Below, one piece after another: positions 24,397-35,400 of a stretch of DNA of 64,000 nt; the first letter of the stretch is position 1; each line of letters opens with the position of its first letter. This DNA is from Lobosporangium transversale. Lineage: Eukaryota. Below the pieces are notes generated by a model that was not told the origin of the DNA, made no database searches, and saw only the letters and a program-made list of their open reading frames with translations. Made by a program: the position numbers and the translations under genes. The stretch spans positions 248,001-312,000 of the forward strand of contig NW_019029014.1 of the NCBI RefSeq assembly GCF_002105155.1, read 5' to 3'.

Positions 24397-27300
24397 ATGG
24401 GAGACAACAAACGCTCTCCTGCTGCTATCGAGCAGGCTAATATCTTCTCTTATATCACCTTCCATTGGATACAGCCAATGCTGCTCTATGGCAGAGTACG
24501 TCTAAATGTGTTGCAATCACATGTTTATTTTTTCCATTCCATTAATTTAGTCGTTCACTCAAATATATAGAAAAATACCCTAGTAGCTGATGACATGCAA
24601 GACTTGTCTAAAAAGGACAAGATCCAGCGTATCTCCGACTTGGTTCTGCAGGAATGGACTCGTGAAGTTCAAGAAAAGAAGCAAGCCAGCCTCAAGAAAA
24701 ATAATAACAAGATGAAACGACCGAACCTACTGAAAGTCCTATGGAGGTGCTTTGGCCTATATGCGTGTGTCCCATTCGTCTCAGCTCTGGTGGAGTCTGT
24801 GTGCAAGGTTGTCGAGACTGTACTTCTTGGGTGGGTAAACAAACTGTATAGATGAATTTCATTTTGCTTGATCATCCCTCCAATCAATATTGACATTAAC
24901 ATGCTTTCTTTGCTTACTTCGCTACTGAGTACAGATACGTGATTCGGTTCTTTAATACTCCTGACATGACCGTGGGAGAGGGCATGAGTTATGCCATTGG
25001 CCTTTTCTTGGTCACACTCTTCCGTGGCACGGTCCATCATCACAATTTCTTTCACATCCTCCGCATCGGCACTTGGACACGTCAAGGTTTGATTGCGCTC
25101 ATGTATCGCAAGTGTCTGACACTCTCCACCTCCAGTGCCATCTCCACTGGCACTGTTGTTAATCTGATATCAAATGGTAATCCAATATATTTTCTGCTTT
25201 AAAAATACCTTTTCCTCTTATAGACAGAGATTTAGTAATAATAGCTCATAAACTCATTGCTTTTTTTTTTTTTTTTTTTTTTTTTTCGATGTACAATAGA
25301 TCTCCAACCATTCGAGAACTGTGCGCCGTTCTTTATGTATTCTGTCCTTGGCCCTCTTGAGATGATTGCTGTCATGTACCTTCTCTGGAGGGAACTTGGC
25401 GTTGCCTGTCTGGCTGGTCTCCTTGCTTTCGCAATTTTAATGCCCATTCAAGTCTTATTCGGGCGTCGTTTCGGCAAAATTCGCTCCAAGACAGTTCATG
25501 CACGTGATGATCGTATCCGAACCCTTTCAGACGTCTTCTCTGGGATCGCACTGGTCAAGCTTTGTGCATGGGAAGTCCCGTTCCAGGAAAGGATTATGGC
25601 ACTCCGGTCAATTGAGCTCAAATACATCTGGAAATCTAATGTCATGCAAGCTGCCAACTTGTCCATCTATTTCTTTTTCCAGCCTTTGATTGCACTGTGC
25701 GCATTCGTGGCCTATTGGCTACAAGGCAAGACCCTGACCGCAGACAAAGTCTTTGTCTCCTTGACGCTGTTCAATATCGTGAGGCAGACCATGACCTCCT
25801 TTTTCCCCAAGGCACTCGCATCCATGGCTGAAGTCAGAGTCTCAGCCAAGCGTATCACAGATTTCTTACTGTTGCCTGAGCTGAGAAGTATAGAAAATGA
25901 GATTGAATCAACAACATTTGCACCAAAAGAAGAAAAGCAAGGACAGTGGCCTCAAACTCCGGAGATTTTAGTCGAAATGAAAAATGCTAGCTTCTCTTGG
26001 GCAATTGAGACTGAGGATAGAAACATGATTTTAGAGTTGTCCGCGAAGGAGAAGCAATCCAAAGAAGCAGGAGCGGAAAATAAGATCATGAACATTGAGA
26101 CAAAAGACCTTATTGATCCCACGCTTGACGGCATTAACCACGACAGGAGCGATGGCGCCAATGCTCTAGGCTCATTCAAAAAGGCTATCCTCAACGACAT
26201 CACCATGACACTCCGACATGACGAGCTACTTGCGATTGTTGGACCTGTTGGATGTGGCAAATCTAGTTTCTGTATGGCGATTCTTCGAGAAATGACTCTT
26301 ACTTCTGGTTCTATGAGCCCGGCTCAACTGTGTGGCTCCGATAACCAACAACGGCCAATTACCATGTCCTACTCTGCACAGTCGCCATGGATTTTTGCAG
26401 GTTCGATTAGGAGCAACATCTTATTCGGATCAAAGTTTGATCAGGAGCGGTACAGCAAGGTCATCAAGGCATGCGAATTGACCCGTGATCTATCGCTGTT
26501 TCCTCAAGGTGATGCCACCATCATTGGAGAAAAGGGCGTTACTCTCAGTGGTGGCCAGCGTGCCCGCGTCTCTCTTGCTAGGGCCGCATACAGGGATTCG
26601 GATCTATATGTCCTTGATGATCCTCTGTCTGCTGTGGACTCTAAGGTGGGCCGAGCGCTATTTGACAACTGTATCAATGGGTTTTTGAAGGGCAAGGCGC
26701 GTGTGTTGGTAACTCATCAATTACAATACATCAAAGACTGCGAGACAGTCATGGTGCTAGAGCGTGGACAAATCACGCATATGGGTCCTGTGGATGAGAT
26801 TATGGGAGAGGAAGTTAAAATCAAGCAGCAGGTCGATGGGACTTCTGCTAAGAGTATCCAATTGCGCACTCGCTTTATAAATGTCCTTCGTGAATTTGCG
26901 AACAAAACTTCAGTGGCCCCAGAGGAAGATGAGATGTCAACTAATGATGCAAAGTTGATTCAGGATAAAACACCAGGCAATGTGAATATTATCAGCAACG
27001 AAATTGAAACAGAAGGCGAGGCAAAGAATCATGGTGACAATGATGATGGCGCCAGTATAATGGAGAAAAACTTGACGGTCGAAGAAGTGGCTACTGGTGA
27101 GACCTCCCCCAAGGCGTATCTCGAGTTTTTCAGGATCGGCTCCACTTGGTCTAAGCTCATGCTCACTGTGATATGTCTTACCTCTGCCCAGGCCATTATG
27201 GTTGGGAGCGAATTCTTCTTGACAGTGTGGTCTAGTGCAACAGCGGCGGAGCAGGCTAGGTCATACTACCCTACAGCTTTTGGGCTATACTGCTTAGGCA

Positions 27301-29078
27301 CCGTCATTATGACTCTTATTCGATCTCATTTGTTTTTTGATTGCGTGGTCTCAAGTGCCCGAAATATGTTTCGAGCCATGCTGGATGCACTCCTGCGGAC
27401 TGGCATTGATTTCTTTCATGCGAACCCACATGGCCGGGTTTTGAATCGATTCTCAAAGGACATGGCGCTATGCGACGAGCTGCTACCTGTTGTGTTTTTC
27501 GAAGCAATTCAGACTGGATTTATGCTTCTAGGCTCGGTGGTCACGGTCTGTATTGTCAATCCATGGGTTATCCTCGCCATTCCTTTTATCTTGGCAGGGT
27601 TTGCAGGCTTGCGATGGTTATACATGAAATCCAGCCGACAAGTCAAACGCATCGACAGTCAATCACGCTCACCTATCTACTCTCATCTTTCGGAAACATT
27701 ACATGGATTAAGTACCATTCGTATATTTGGTGTCAGCGGAGACTTTATGAAAGAGCATATAAAGACCCAGGAAGACAATGGGCGCGCCTTTTTTACCTAC
27801 TTAGCTATGGCACGCTGGCTTGTATGTTTTTTTTTTACTTTTTATTTTTATTTTTTTCCGGATGTGGATGTGCGCATATGTTACTTAAGGCACTAACAAA
27901 TAGCTCTCCTTGTTCTGTTTAACTTCTGATGTTTTTTCCAGGGGTACCGCCTCGATGCAGTTTCGGCTCTCTTCTTGGGTGTCACTGCTATTGCTTGTGT
28001 GGCCGTGCGTGACACTCAAGAGGCCTCCAGAGCCGGTCTGGCCATGTCCTCTGTCATTAGTTTGTCAGGCGAGTTACAGTGGGCTATCCGTATGAGCGTC
28101 GAGGTTGCAATCCTGATGGTTTCAGTCGAGCGCATGATGGAATATGCGCACCTTCAGCCTGAAGCAACCAAACGTCATGAATTTAATCTCGACCATACTC
28201 CAATAGTACCTAACAGCTGGCCAAGCGAAGCTCAAGTCACGTTCGAGGACGTATCCCTCACTTACCCCCGCGGAGACAAGCCTGTGCTTAAGCACATCTC
28301 GTTGGATTTCCGTCCAGGTGAACGCGTCGGTATTGTGGGCCGCACTGGCGCAGGCAAATCAAGTTTGGTCAGCGCTCTCTTTCGCCTTGTTGAAACTACA
28401 ACTGGCGACCCGCCTCGTCGCGGAGGGATTTCAATCGATGGAATTGATATTAGCAAGATTGGTGTACACGATTTACGCGAAAAGATGGCTATTATCCCTC
28501 AAGAGCCGTTCTTGTTCCGAGGGACGCTACGGTTCAATCTCGATCCCCTTTCTCAATATCAGGACGCCGATATCTGGGCTGCATTGGAGGCTGCAGAGCT
28601 GAAGCAGATGGCCCAATGCCTCGAAGGTGGACTGAATGCTGTTGTTGATGATAATGGCAAGAATTTTAGTGTAGGGGAACGTCAGTTATTATCCTTGGCG
28701 CGAGCGATATTGCGACGGAGTAAGATCATTGTAATGGATGAAGCAACCGCCAATGTGGATTTACAGTCGGACCGCATGATCCAGAAAGCTATTTCGTCTC
28801 AGTTCAAGGGTGCAACCATCTTTACGATTGCACATCGATTAAATACGGTCATTGGAGATTATGATCGGATCCTGGTATTGGACCAAGGGGAAGTGGTAGA
28901 ATTTGGGGAGCCTTGGGAACTTTTGAAGGACGATGCCCACAATGGTATGACATCCAATAACAAGGGCAGAGGTTGGCTCAAGGGGATGGTTGAGGGAACT
29001 GGGCCAGAAAATGAAGCTAAGCTGAAACAAGCTGCAAAGGAGCATTGGGAGAAGCATAACAATTCTATTCATCATTAA
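24397..29078 (+). CDS. ABCC (MRP4-like) ABC transporter, TMD-NBD-TMD-NBD without TMD0
   Basis: Multi-exon; NBD1 GPVGCGKS/LSGGQ/VLDD, NBD2 GRTGAGKS/FSVGE/VMDEATAN; GRVLNRFSKD and RSPIYSHLSETL motifs. Confidence 0.93.
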
Positions 29079-29268
29079 AAAGAGATAATAATGCAAAAAT
29101 AAAAATAAAAACAACATACGCAGTGCTGTCCTTGACGGGAGGTTGTTCTACTAATGATTGGGGCCTACAGGATATGGTATTTACTAACGTAAGGGATTAT
29201 GTTTGCATTTGCATGACACGTGGGAAGTATAGCTGTAATAACCTGTTATAACCATAACCACTGATTCC

Positions 29269-29524
29269 TTTTTTTTTTTTTTTTTTTTCATTTGTTGTAA
29301 AATTAGGGTCGACAATTCAATACACGAGCCAGGTCGGGATTTGATTGAATCAACCTTAACCTTAAACCGTAGAGGCATAAACAAATTCAACGAAACGATC
29401 CTTCAAAGTAGACAGTATTTTCTTATAACACTTAGTATTATTCGACTCGTTTACTTGTGAGTTCATCGTGGGTAGCATGACGCCCGCCACTGTTAGCTCG
29501 ATGGGCGCTTCTTTATATTCCTCT
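29269..29524 (-). mobile_element. Putative 5'-truncated non-LTR retrotransposon 3' stub (stub C), different family from the long element
   Basis: Poly(T) 29269-29288 (poly(A) on the minus strand), ~70-nt UTR, then the end of a minus-strand frame ...KKILSTLKDRFVEFVYASTV*; no visible similarity to the 3' end of the long LINE. Confidence 0.45.
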
Positions 29525-29540
29525 CTCATTCCCCTTTTCC

Positions 29541-29548
<8 letters not shown>

Positions 29549-29571
<23 letters not shown>

Positions 29572-29930
29572 TTGAAAACATGGACTCACAAGGTCATGTA
29601 GGATTTATTCAGATGTTGGCTCTATAAATGAGGTTGTTGAGATGTTTTTCAGATATTAGAAGTCAAGGAGATCAAAGTTGTTTTTATTATTGTCAAACGA
29701 GAGTCTTTTATCAAGGACTCTCTATGACCGTCACATGATATTCTGACCTTATGAATAAAAATGGAAGTGCACCTGAGGTGCACTCCCAAGCCTCGGTACG
29801 TAACAGTTGTCCCATTACTAGAGTCGCAAATAAAGCGGTGTTTAATAATTGGCCGAAGTCGCATCGTTATACTACCAGAGTACAACATCCTGTTCATAAA
29901 TCACGTCAGCATTGAGTAGACTTCCTTGAT

Positions 29931-29933
<3 letters not shown>
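29549..29933 (-). mobile_element. 5'-truncated, diverged copy of the LINE 3' end (stub B)
   Basis: Poly(T) 29549-29573; 29574-29637 aligns with 29964-30025 and 29811-29933 aligns with 30026-30148, with scattered substitutions. Confidence 0.9.
29638..29805. mobile_element. 168-bp solo-LTR-like insertion inside stub B
   Basis: Absent from the homologous LINE 3' end; TG...CA termini; flanked by 5-bp direct repeat GTTGT (29633-29637, 29806-29810); contains AATAAA. Confidence 0.7.
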
Positions 29934-29964
<31 letters not shown>

Positions 29965-30310
29965 ATAACAAGGACCACGAGGTCATGTAGGATTTATTTA
30001 GATGTTAGCTCTATAAATGGGTTGCCCCATTACTGGGGTCGCAAATAAAGCGGTATCCAATAATCGACCGAAGCCGCATCGTCATACTGCCACAGTACTA
30101 CATCCTGTTCATAAACCACGTCAGCATTGAGTAGACTTCCTTGGTCCCAGAGGACCTGTGGCACGGTTCTACTCCCTACTTGGCCTGTTGTGCGCGAAGG
30201 TCATCCTTTAGCCGCTGTCCTCAATCATCAAAAATTTACAGCTTTCCAGGCGCTCCATAATCGCCAATTCCACCTGCTGCCGGTAGCTTGCCGCCACTCG
30301 CCGGTCTGCC

Positions 30311-31795
30311 TCAGTCCTGATCGCCTTCACATCTGCTGTTCGTCGTTGTCCCTGGTGAGAGCCTACGTCTGTGCCTCCCAACACAGTTGCGTCCCCTGGC
30401 GCGTTTGCTCACAGAGGTGATACCATTGTCTCTTTCCCAGTTGACGGTGACTTTGCAGCGTCTGTTCCAGATTTCAGTCCTGCCGAGTTCCTCGATTGAC
30501 TTGACAAAGCGGCAAACAATGTACCTTGAGATCGATGCTGTGGTTCTGAAGATCGTCTTCCATTTTTGTATCAGTTCCTTCGGCACCAAACCGTGGTACA
30601 AGTCTTGGACAGTCCAGTGGGCATCCTCACCCTCGTTCCTCCGTCCCATATCCACGTCTTCCTCACCAAACAGAGTGCTTGCATGTCGAATCTCTCTGAC
30701 GCCCTTGAACATCGCTTCCAAAGAGCCCCAAATCACGTTGTCGGCTACAGGTGTAAACGAGGGGCCTCCTTTATTCAGGTTTGGCTCCTGTGTTTTCCCT
30801 TGTTTGTCTTCCCAGAGCTTCTTCTCCTTCACTAATGCTCTTTTGCCATCCTTCGTGATGAGTTCTATGGCCTGCTTCCAACCTTTCAATTGCTCGTCCA
30901 GTGTCATGGGACATCGCCAGAGGTGTTCTATGTCCTCCTGCTCCTGTTCACACATCCTGCGGATGTCAGTCTCATACAGGTCCGGTCGCCACTGCCTCAT
31001 ATAAGTGAGTGTAGGAAGCATACCATGGACCTTTTTTATTCTGTGCGCTCTCTTGTGACAATCTGCTGGGCTGGTGAAGAGGCCTCTAGGCGTGTTGCCA
31101 TCGTGAAGAATATGCAGGCTTGCTTTCCATTCTACTTCTCGCCAGTCTGCAATATAATTCCTGACTCTGTTCTGAGACGCCCACAAGTAATGTGTTCTCA
31201 CTGCTGATTGGAGCTTTAGCAGGTGTCTAAGATCATCCTCCACCACCTCGTTCTCGAAAATAGCGTGACAGCGCAGATCGTTGTGTTCCAGTCCTTTGAT
31301 TGTCCACATTTCGCTAAAATGGGCATCTTTGGCGGCTTGGTCTGCCCTTATATTGCCTCTATTCCCAGCATGGCCCTTGATCCATTTCACAGTTACCTTC
31401 CCGCCCTGCTTAAAGAGCGCTCTCGAAATGGCTGCCCACCACACTGCGTACTTGGATCGCAATCGCTGCCGTTCAGTGCTTGCTTCTCGCTTTTGAGCAA
31501 GGTCCTTGAACTGAACCACTACCGCCATGTTGTCTATGTAGACAGTCGTTGGAACGTTACGGGGACTGACTAGGATGGCTGCGTACAGTCCTACTAGCTC
31601 TGCCTTGGTGGATGAAGCATACCCATCGACTCTACCTGAAACTACATTTGAGAAGCTTTCTGGGCCTATCTGAGCCACCACTCCGAAAGCCATCCGCGCC
31701 GCCCTTCTTCCTGCCTCTTCAAGGGACCCATCGAAGTAAAGCGTTAGCTGACTCATCGTTGATAGTTTCTCTCTTTGACGCAGTATATTGTCCAT
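30311..31795 (-). CDS. LINE ORF2 C-terminal fragment: RNase H plus degenerate Cys/His finger
   Basis: LYFDGS...SSTKAELVG...VYIDN...WIKGHAGNRGNIRADQAA (RNase HI catalytic residues); RRMC...EDIEHLWRC; the true C-terminus probably continues in another frame to a stop at 30208. Confidence 0.88.
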   Translation of the reverse strand: MDNILRQREKLSTMSQLTLYFDGSLEEAGRRAARMAFGVVAQIGPESFSNVVSGRVDGYASSTKAELVGLYAAILVSPRNVPTTVYIDNMAVVVQFKDLAQKREASTERQRLRSKYAVWWAAISRALFKQGGKVTVKWIKGHAGNRGNIRADQAAKDAHFSEMWTIKGLEHNDLRCHAIFENEVVEDDLRHLLKLQSAVRTHYLWASQNRVRNYIADWREVEWKASLHILHDGNTPRGLFTSPADCHKRAHRIKKVHGMLPTLTYMRQWRPDLYETDIRRMCEQEQEDIEHLWRCPMTLDEQLKGWKQAIELITKDGKRALVKEKKLWEDKQGKTQEPNLNKGGPSFTPVADNVIWGSLEAMFKGVREIRHASTLFGEEDVDMGRRNEGEDAHWTVQDLYHGLVPKELIQKWKTIFRTTASISRYIVCRFVKSIEELGRTEIWNRRCKVTVNWERDNGITSVSKRARGRNCVGRHRRRLSPGTTTNSRCEGDQD

Positions 31796-31818
31796 GTCAA
31801 CCTGTGGGATCTCTACAC

Positions 31819-32475
31819 CTAGGCACTCAGAGGAGCCAAACCACCGATGATGACCCTCTGGGATTTTATTATTCCTTGTTCTTGAGGAGTCCTGAGCCTC
31901 CTATTGAGAGCTTGTTCATCGAGTTCATGGCATCCACGTATCTTGTTTCGCTCTTGTGCTCTACGTCTTGCTCGGTTGAAAGCCGCTCGTCGTCGCTGTT
32001 CTCTTCTTCCTTGTTCATCGAGCCTTTGAAACCTAGCCTGTAACCGTAGGCGTTCTTGACGGCGAGCTCTTTCGATAGCCTTCGAGTGTGCGGCTTCTTG
32101 CTTGGCTTGCACCCACTGTTCACGTCGCCACACTCTCCTTCTCTCCGCCTCTTCTTTTTTCCTCTCTTGCTCTATTTTTCTTAGCAACCATTGCTCCCTC
32201 TTCCCTCTTTCCAAACGGTCGCGAAATTGTAACATTTTCCTTCCTTGAGGATCTTTCCACAGCCTATGCCTCTCGTTAGCTTCGCGCTCTTTTTCTCTCA
32301 AACGCTCTCTTTTTTCAAAATTTTCTCGCAAGTATTCTTTTTGGAGTTCGCGATCAGACTCAGTGTATCCTTCATACTCCTGCATACCCTCTTGTATGTA
32401 ACACTGTGCTCTTCTTTCTCTTTCCTCCCGCTGTTCTACACTTAGGGGATCAAGTGGCTCTCTGGGGTCTTCCAC
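31819..32475 (-). CDS. LINE ORF2 middle fragment: highly charged E/R/K/Q-rich helical segment
   Basis: 218-aa open frame between RT and RNase H; joins both neighbours by single frameshifts. Confidence 0.6.
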   Translation of the reverse strand: MEDPREPLDPLSVEQREERERRAQCYIQEGMQEYEGYTESDRELQKEYLRENFEKRERLREKEREANERHRLWKDPQGRKMLQFRDRLERGKREQWLLRKIEQERKKEEAERRRVWRREQWVQAKQEAAHSKAIERARRQERLRLQARFQRLDEQGRREQRRRAAFNRARRRAQERNKIRGCHELDEQALNRRLRTPQEQGIIKSQRVIIGGLAPLSA

Positions 32476-32489
32476 GTCACTGAGGTAAC

Positions 32490-35400
32490 TTATATATCCA
32501 ACTTCATCATCCTCATCACCTCAGTGGGCTGCCCCTCCAACATATTGTCTTCTGTGAGTAGTTCATCTGCTCTCTCATTGTTTTCAGCCTCATTTAGCTG
32601 TTGGAGCTCCCTTAAATCTCTCTCTTCCTCTTCGTCTAGTCTCTGAAGAATGTTCTTTTTGTCTCTACACCATACTTCGATAAAGTTGTGTGTGTAAAGG
32701 GACTCATGAAGGGCATTTTGAACATTGTGGAACCATGCTGGAGATGCCTTTGGGTCTCTCCTTTTCGTACGTACCTCATTCCAGGATTTGAGTGACGAAT
32801 CCTCGTCTAGAGTTTGCTCAGCATAATATATTCCTCTTGCTGCTAATTTCCGCACAGGCTGGTCATCCACAATGCCATGAAGCATGTCTGCTATATTGAG
32901 AGCATTTCCAGGGAGCCCAAAATCGTTTGCTAGTTGCAAGTCAAACTTCACTTGTCGATCGGCCATTAGTTTACAGACGCTTGATGCGAAGTTGTGTTTG
33001 TATGCTTTTATTTTGTGTGGCTCTGCAGTTGGGAGCTTGCTCGTCCTAAGGCGCTTCTGGAGGGCAATGAGACGTGCTCTACAGATACGTCCCATCAACC
33101 CATTGTCATTTAGGCGTAGGAACAGGGTTGATATCTGCTCCTCTGTCTGTGCGTCTTCTAAGTTTTTAATTGCATAGAATCTAGGGTGATGCATTATGCT
33201 GTTGGGTGTGGTTGACGGCATACGTGCTTTGCTCTTACATAGCTTCATATACTTACCTGTCATTCGTCTCACAAAAGAAGGGGGAAGTATCTGTGCCGAA
33301 ATCCTATAAAGCACCTTGGGTATGAGGACGTTATTGATGAGATATGCTGTCTGTTTGTCGGTTACTGCTTTTGAGGAGAGAATACTACACATTGACGTGA
33401 CTTCTCTTTCTACAATGTTCTCTGTTGTCTTCACCGACCCTCTGGCTGTTACCCAGACACCTAGTATCCGGACAGGGTCATCTTTGCCCAGCGGGCGGAT
33501 TTCTTCTGCCGGTGTACCAAAATGGAGATTATTGTTATTGTTGAGCTTGCTGTTTAGTGTTAGCACCTGCGTCTTTTTCGCATTGATTTCGACCCCGTTA
33601 AGAACAAAAAAGGACGTGGCGACATCTAGTATATCCTGTACATGTTGCTTGGAGTCAGATATCCATGTCGTGTCGTCCACAAAAGCCAGACATGCGAGCT
33701 GAGGTGTATCTGGAGGGCCCTCTATTCTGTATCCCTTCATGTGGTCCATAACTTCACATAGTAGTGGATCATAAGCTATTCGCCAGAGTAAAGGGCACTC
33801 TACGCCTCCTTGATCCAGACCGCATTCTGGGCGGTACTCTTTCGTAAGCCCGTATTCTGTAATAACTCTATTGACCTTGGTAACAGCGATGTTCTCACAC
33901 AACCTGATAAATGCCTCTGGAACTCGTAAGCGACGTAGCCCTCTGGACAACATACCATCGGAAGCACAATTGACCGAATCAAAACACCTTTTCATATCTT
34001 GGAACACTATCCATTGCTCCTTGCGAAACTCTCTAGCATCTTCCATTGCTGCTTGGAGGATATGAATTGGGTCCTTTGTCGTCGTTCCTTTTAAGACAGA
34101 AAAGTTAGGCCCCCGCAAGATGTTATGACGCCGCATCATTTCACTAAGTCTATTGGTTAGAACTGTGAACATGATTTTTCTTGCATGTTCTAGAAGCGCA
34201 ATCGGCCTGACTTCCGCCATGCTTCCTGACCATTCTGCTGCCTTTGGGATGCAATACAATAGTCCAGTTTTCCAATCCTTTGGTATTGTTTCTTGGACTA
34301 TTGTGGCACCAACAATCTGGAAAAGAATGTTATGTCCGACTTGGCCTTGATGTTGAAATAAATCGTTCGTGGTGCCTGATACTCCTGGTGCTTTGTTCTT
34401 TGGTGTCTCTTGGATCACTACCATAAATTCCTCCCATGAAGGTGGGCTCATGAGCCCATCATACCATTCTTCCTTGATCCTTTCGTGTGGTGCGTATTGT
34501 CTTTCCCAGCGTGTTCCTTGTTCCAGAGGTTTTGCAGGCCTGGGACCGTGCCACTTTTGAAACCATTCTCTGACGTGCCTTTTAATACCTTCTGGCTCAA
34601 GAATGTTGAAAGTGTCACCGTCCTCCTGTACTTGAATCCTGTCCAGTATGACTCTTCCATGTCCTCTACCTAACAACTTATCAATCATCCGACCTGTCGC
34701 CGTAAGCAGCTGTCCGCATCTCTGTTCAATCCACTCTGTCATCTTCGATGCTTTTTCTAAACGCCTCTCTGTCTGCATCTCCGATATTGCCTGTACCCAT
34801 CTTTTCTTGATACCCTTGCTCCATGTCTCCCATTCTTCTTCATCTGCGTTCCACCCAGGCACCTCGCCTAGATCCTCCATTCCTCTTTCCGTTTCTTCCC
34901 TCATCCATTTCGCGTGGTTGTTGAATTTGATCCGCTCCGCCTCTAGATATTCTCTTGCACTATCCTCTAGATCGGTTCGTCTTCTCCGTCTAATTGCCAC
35001 CGTTGCTTGCTTGATCTTGCTTAGGTCCCGCACTAAGTGTAAGATCGAGAGTTCTGCTTGAGGTTTCACCCCTGATCTACCTACTGTTTTACCTGGTAGG
35101 GTCGCTTTTGCACAGCGAAGCACTGTTTTTGAGTACCAGCGCCACGCTTGTTCCACCTTTACCTTCTCTAATTCTTCCGGAGTTATTCTGCCTTCATTTT
35201 GGTTCTCATATTTGAGTCCAAGATTCCTCATTTTCTCCTGATCGTCGAGAGCCATGTTTAAGGCATTTTCAAAATCATCCCACTGTGTCTTGTTAATGTC
35301 TCGAAATTGAAAGCGGAAGCCTTTGGGTTTCTTGTACTTAAGAGGATCTGCCTTGTGGATGAGTGCTTGGGTTGTGATATTGGCCGTCACCATTTTATGG

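Noticed and set aside
31869..32123. 84-aa overlapping ORF inside the LINE charged segment
   Set aside because: No motif support; an open alternative frame is expected in purine-rich repetitive coding sequence
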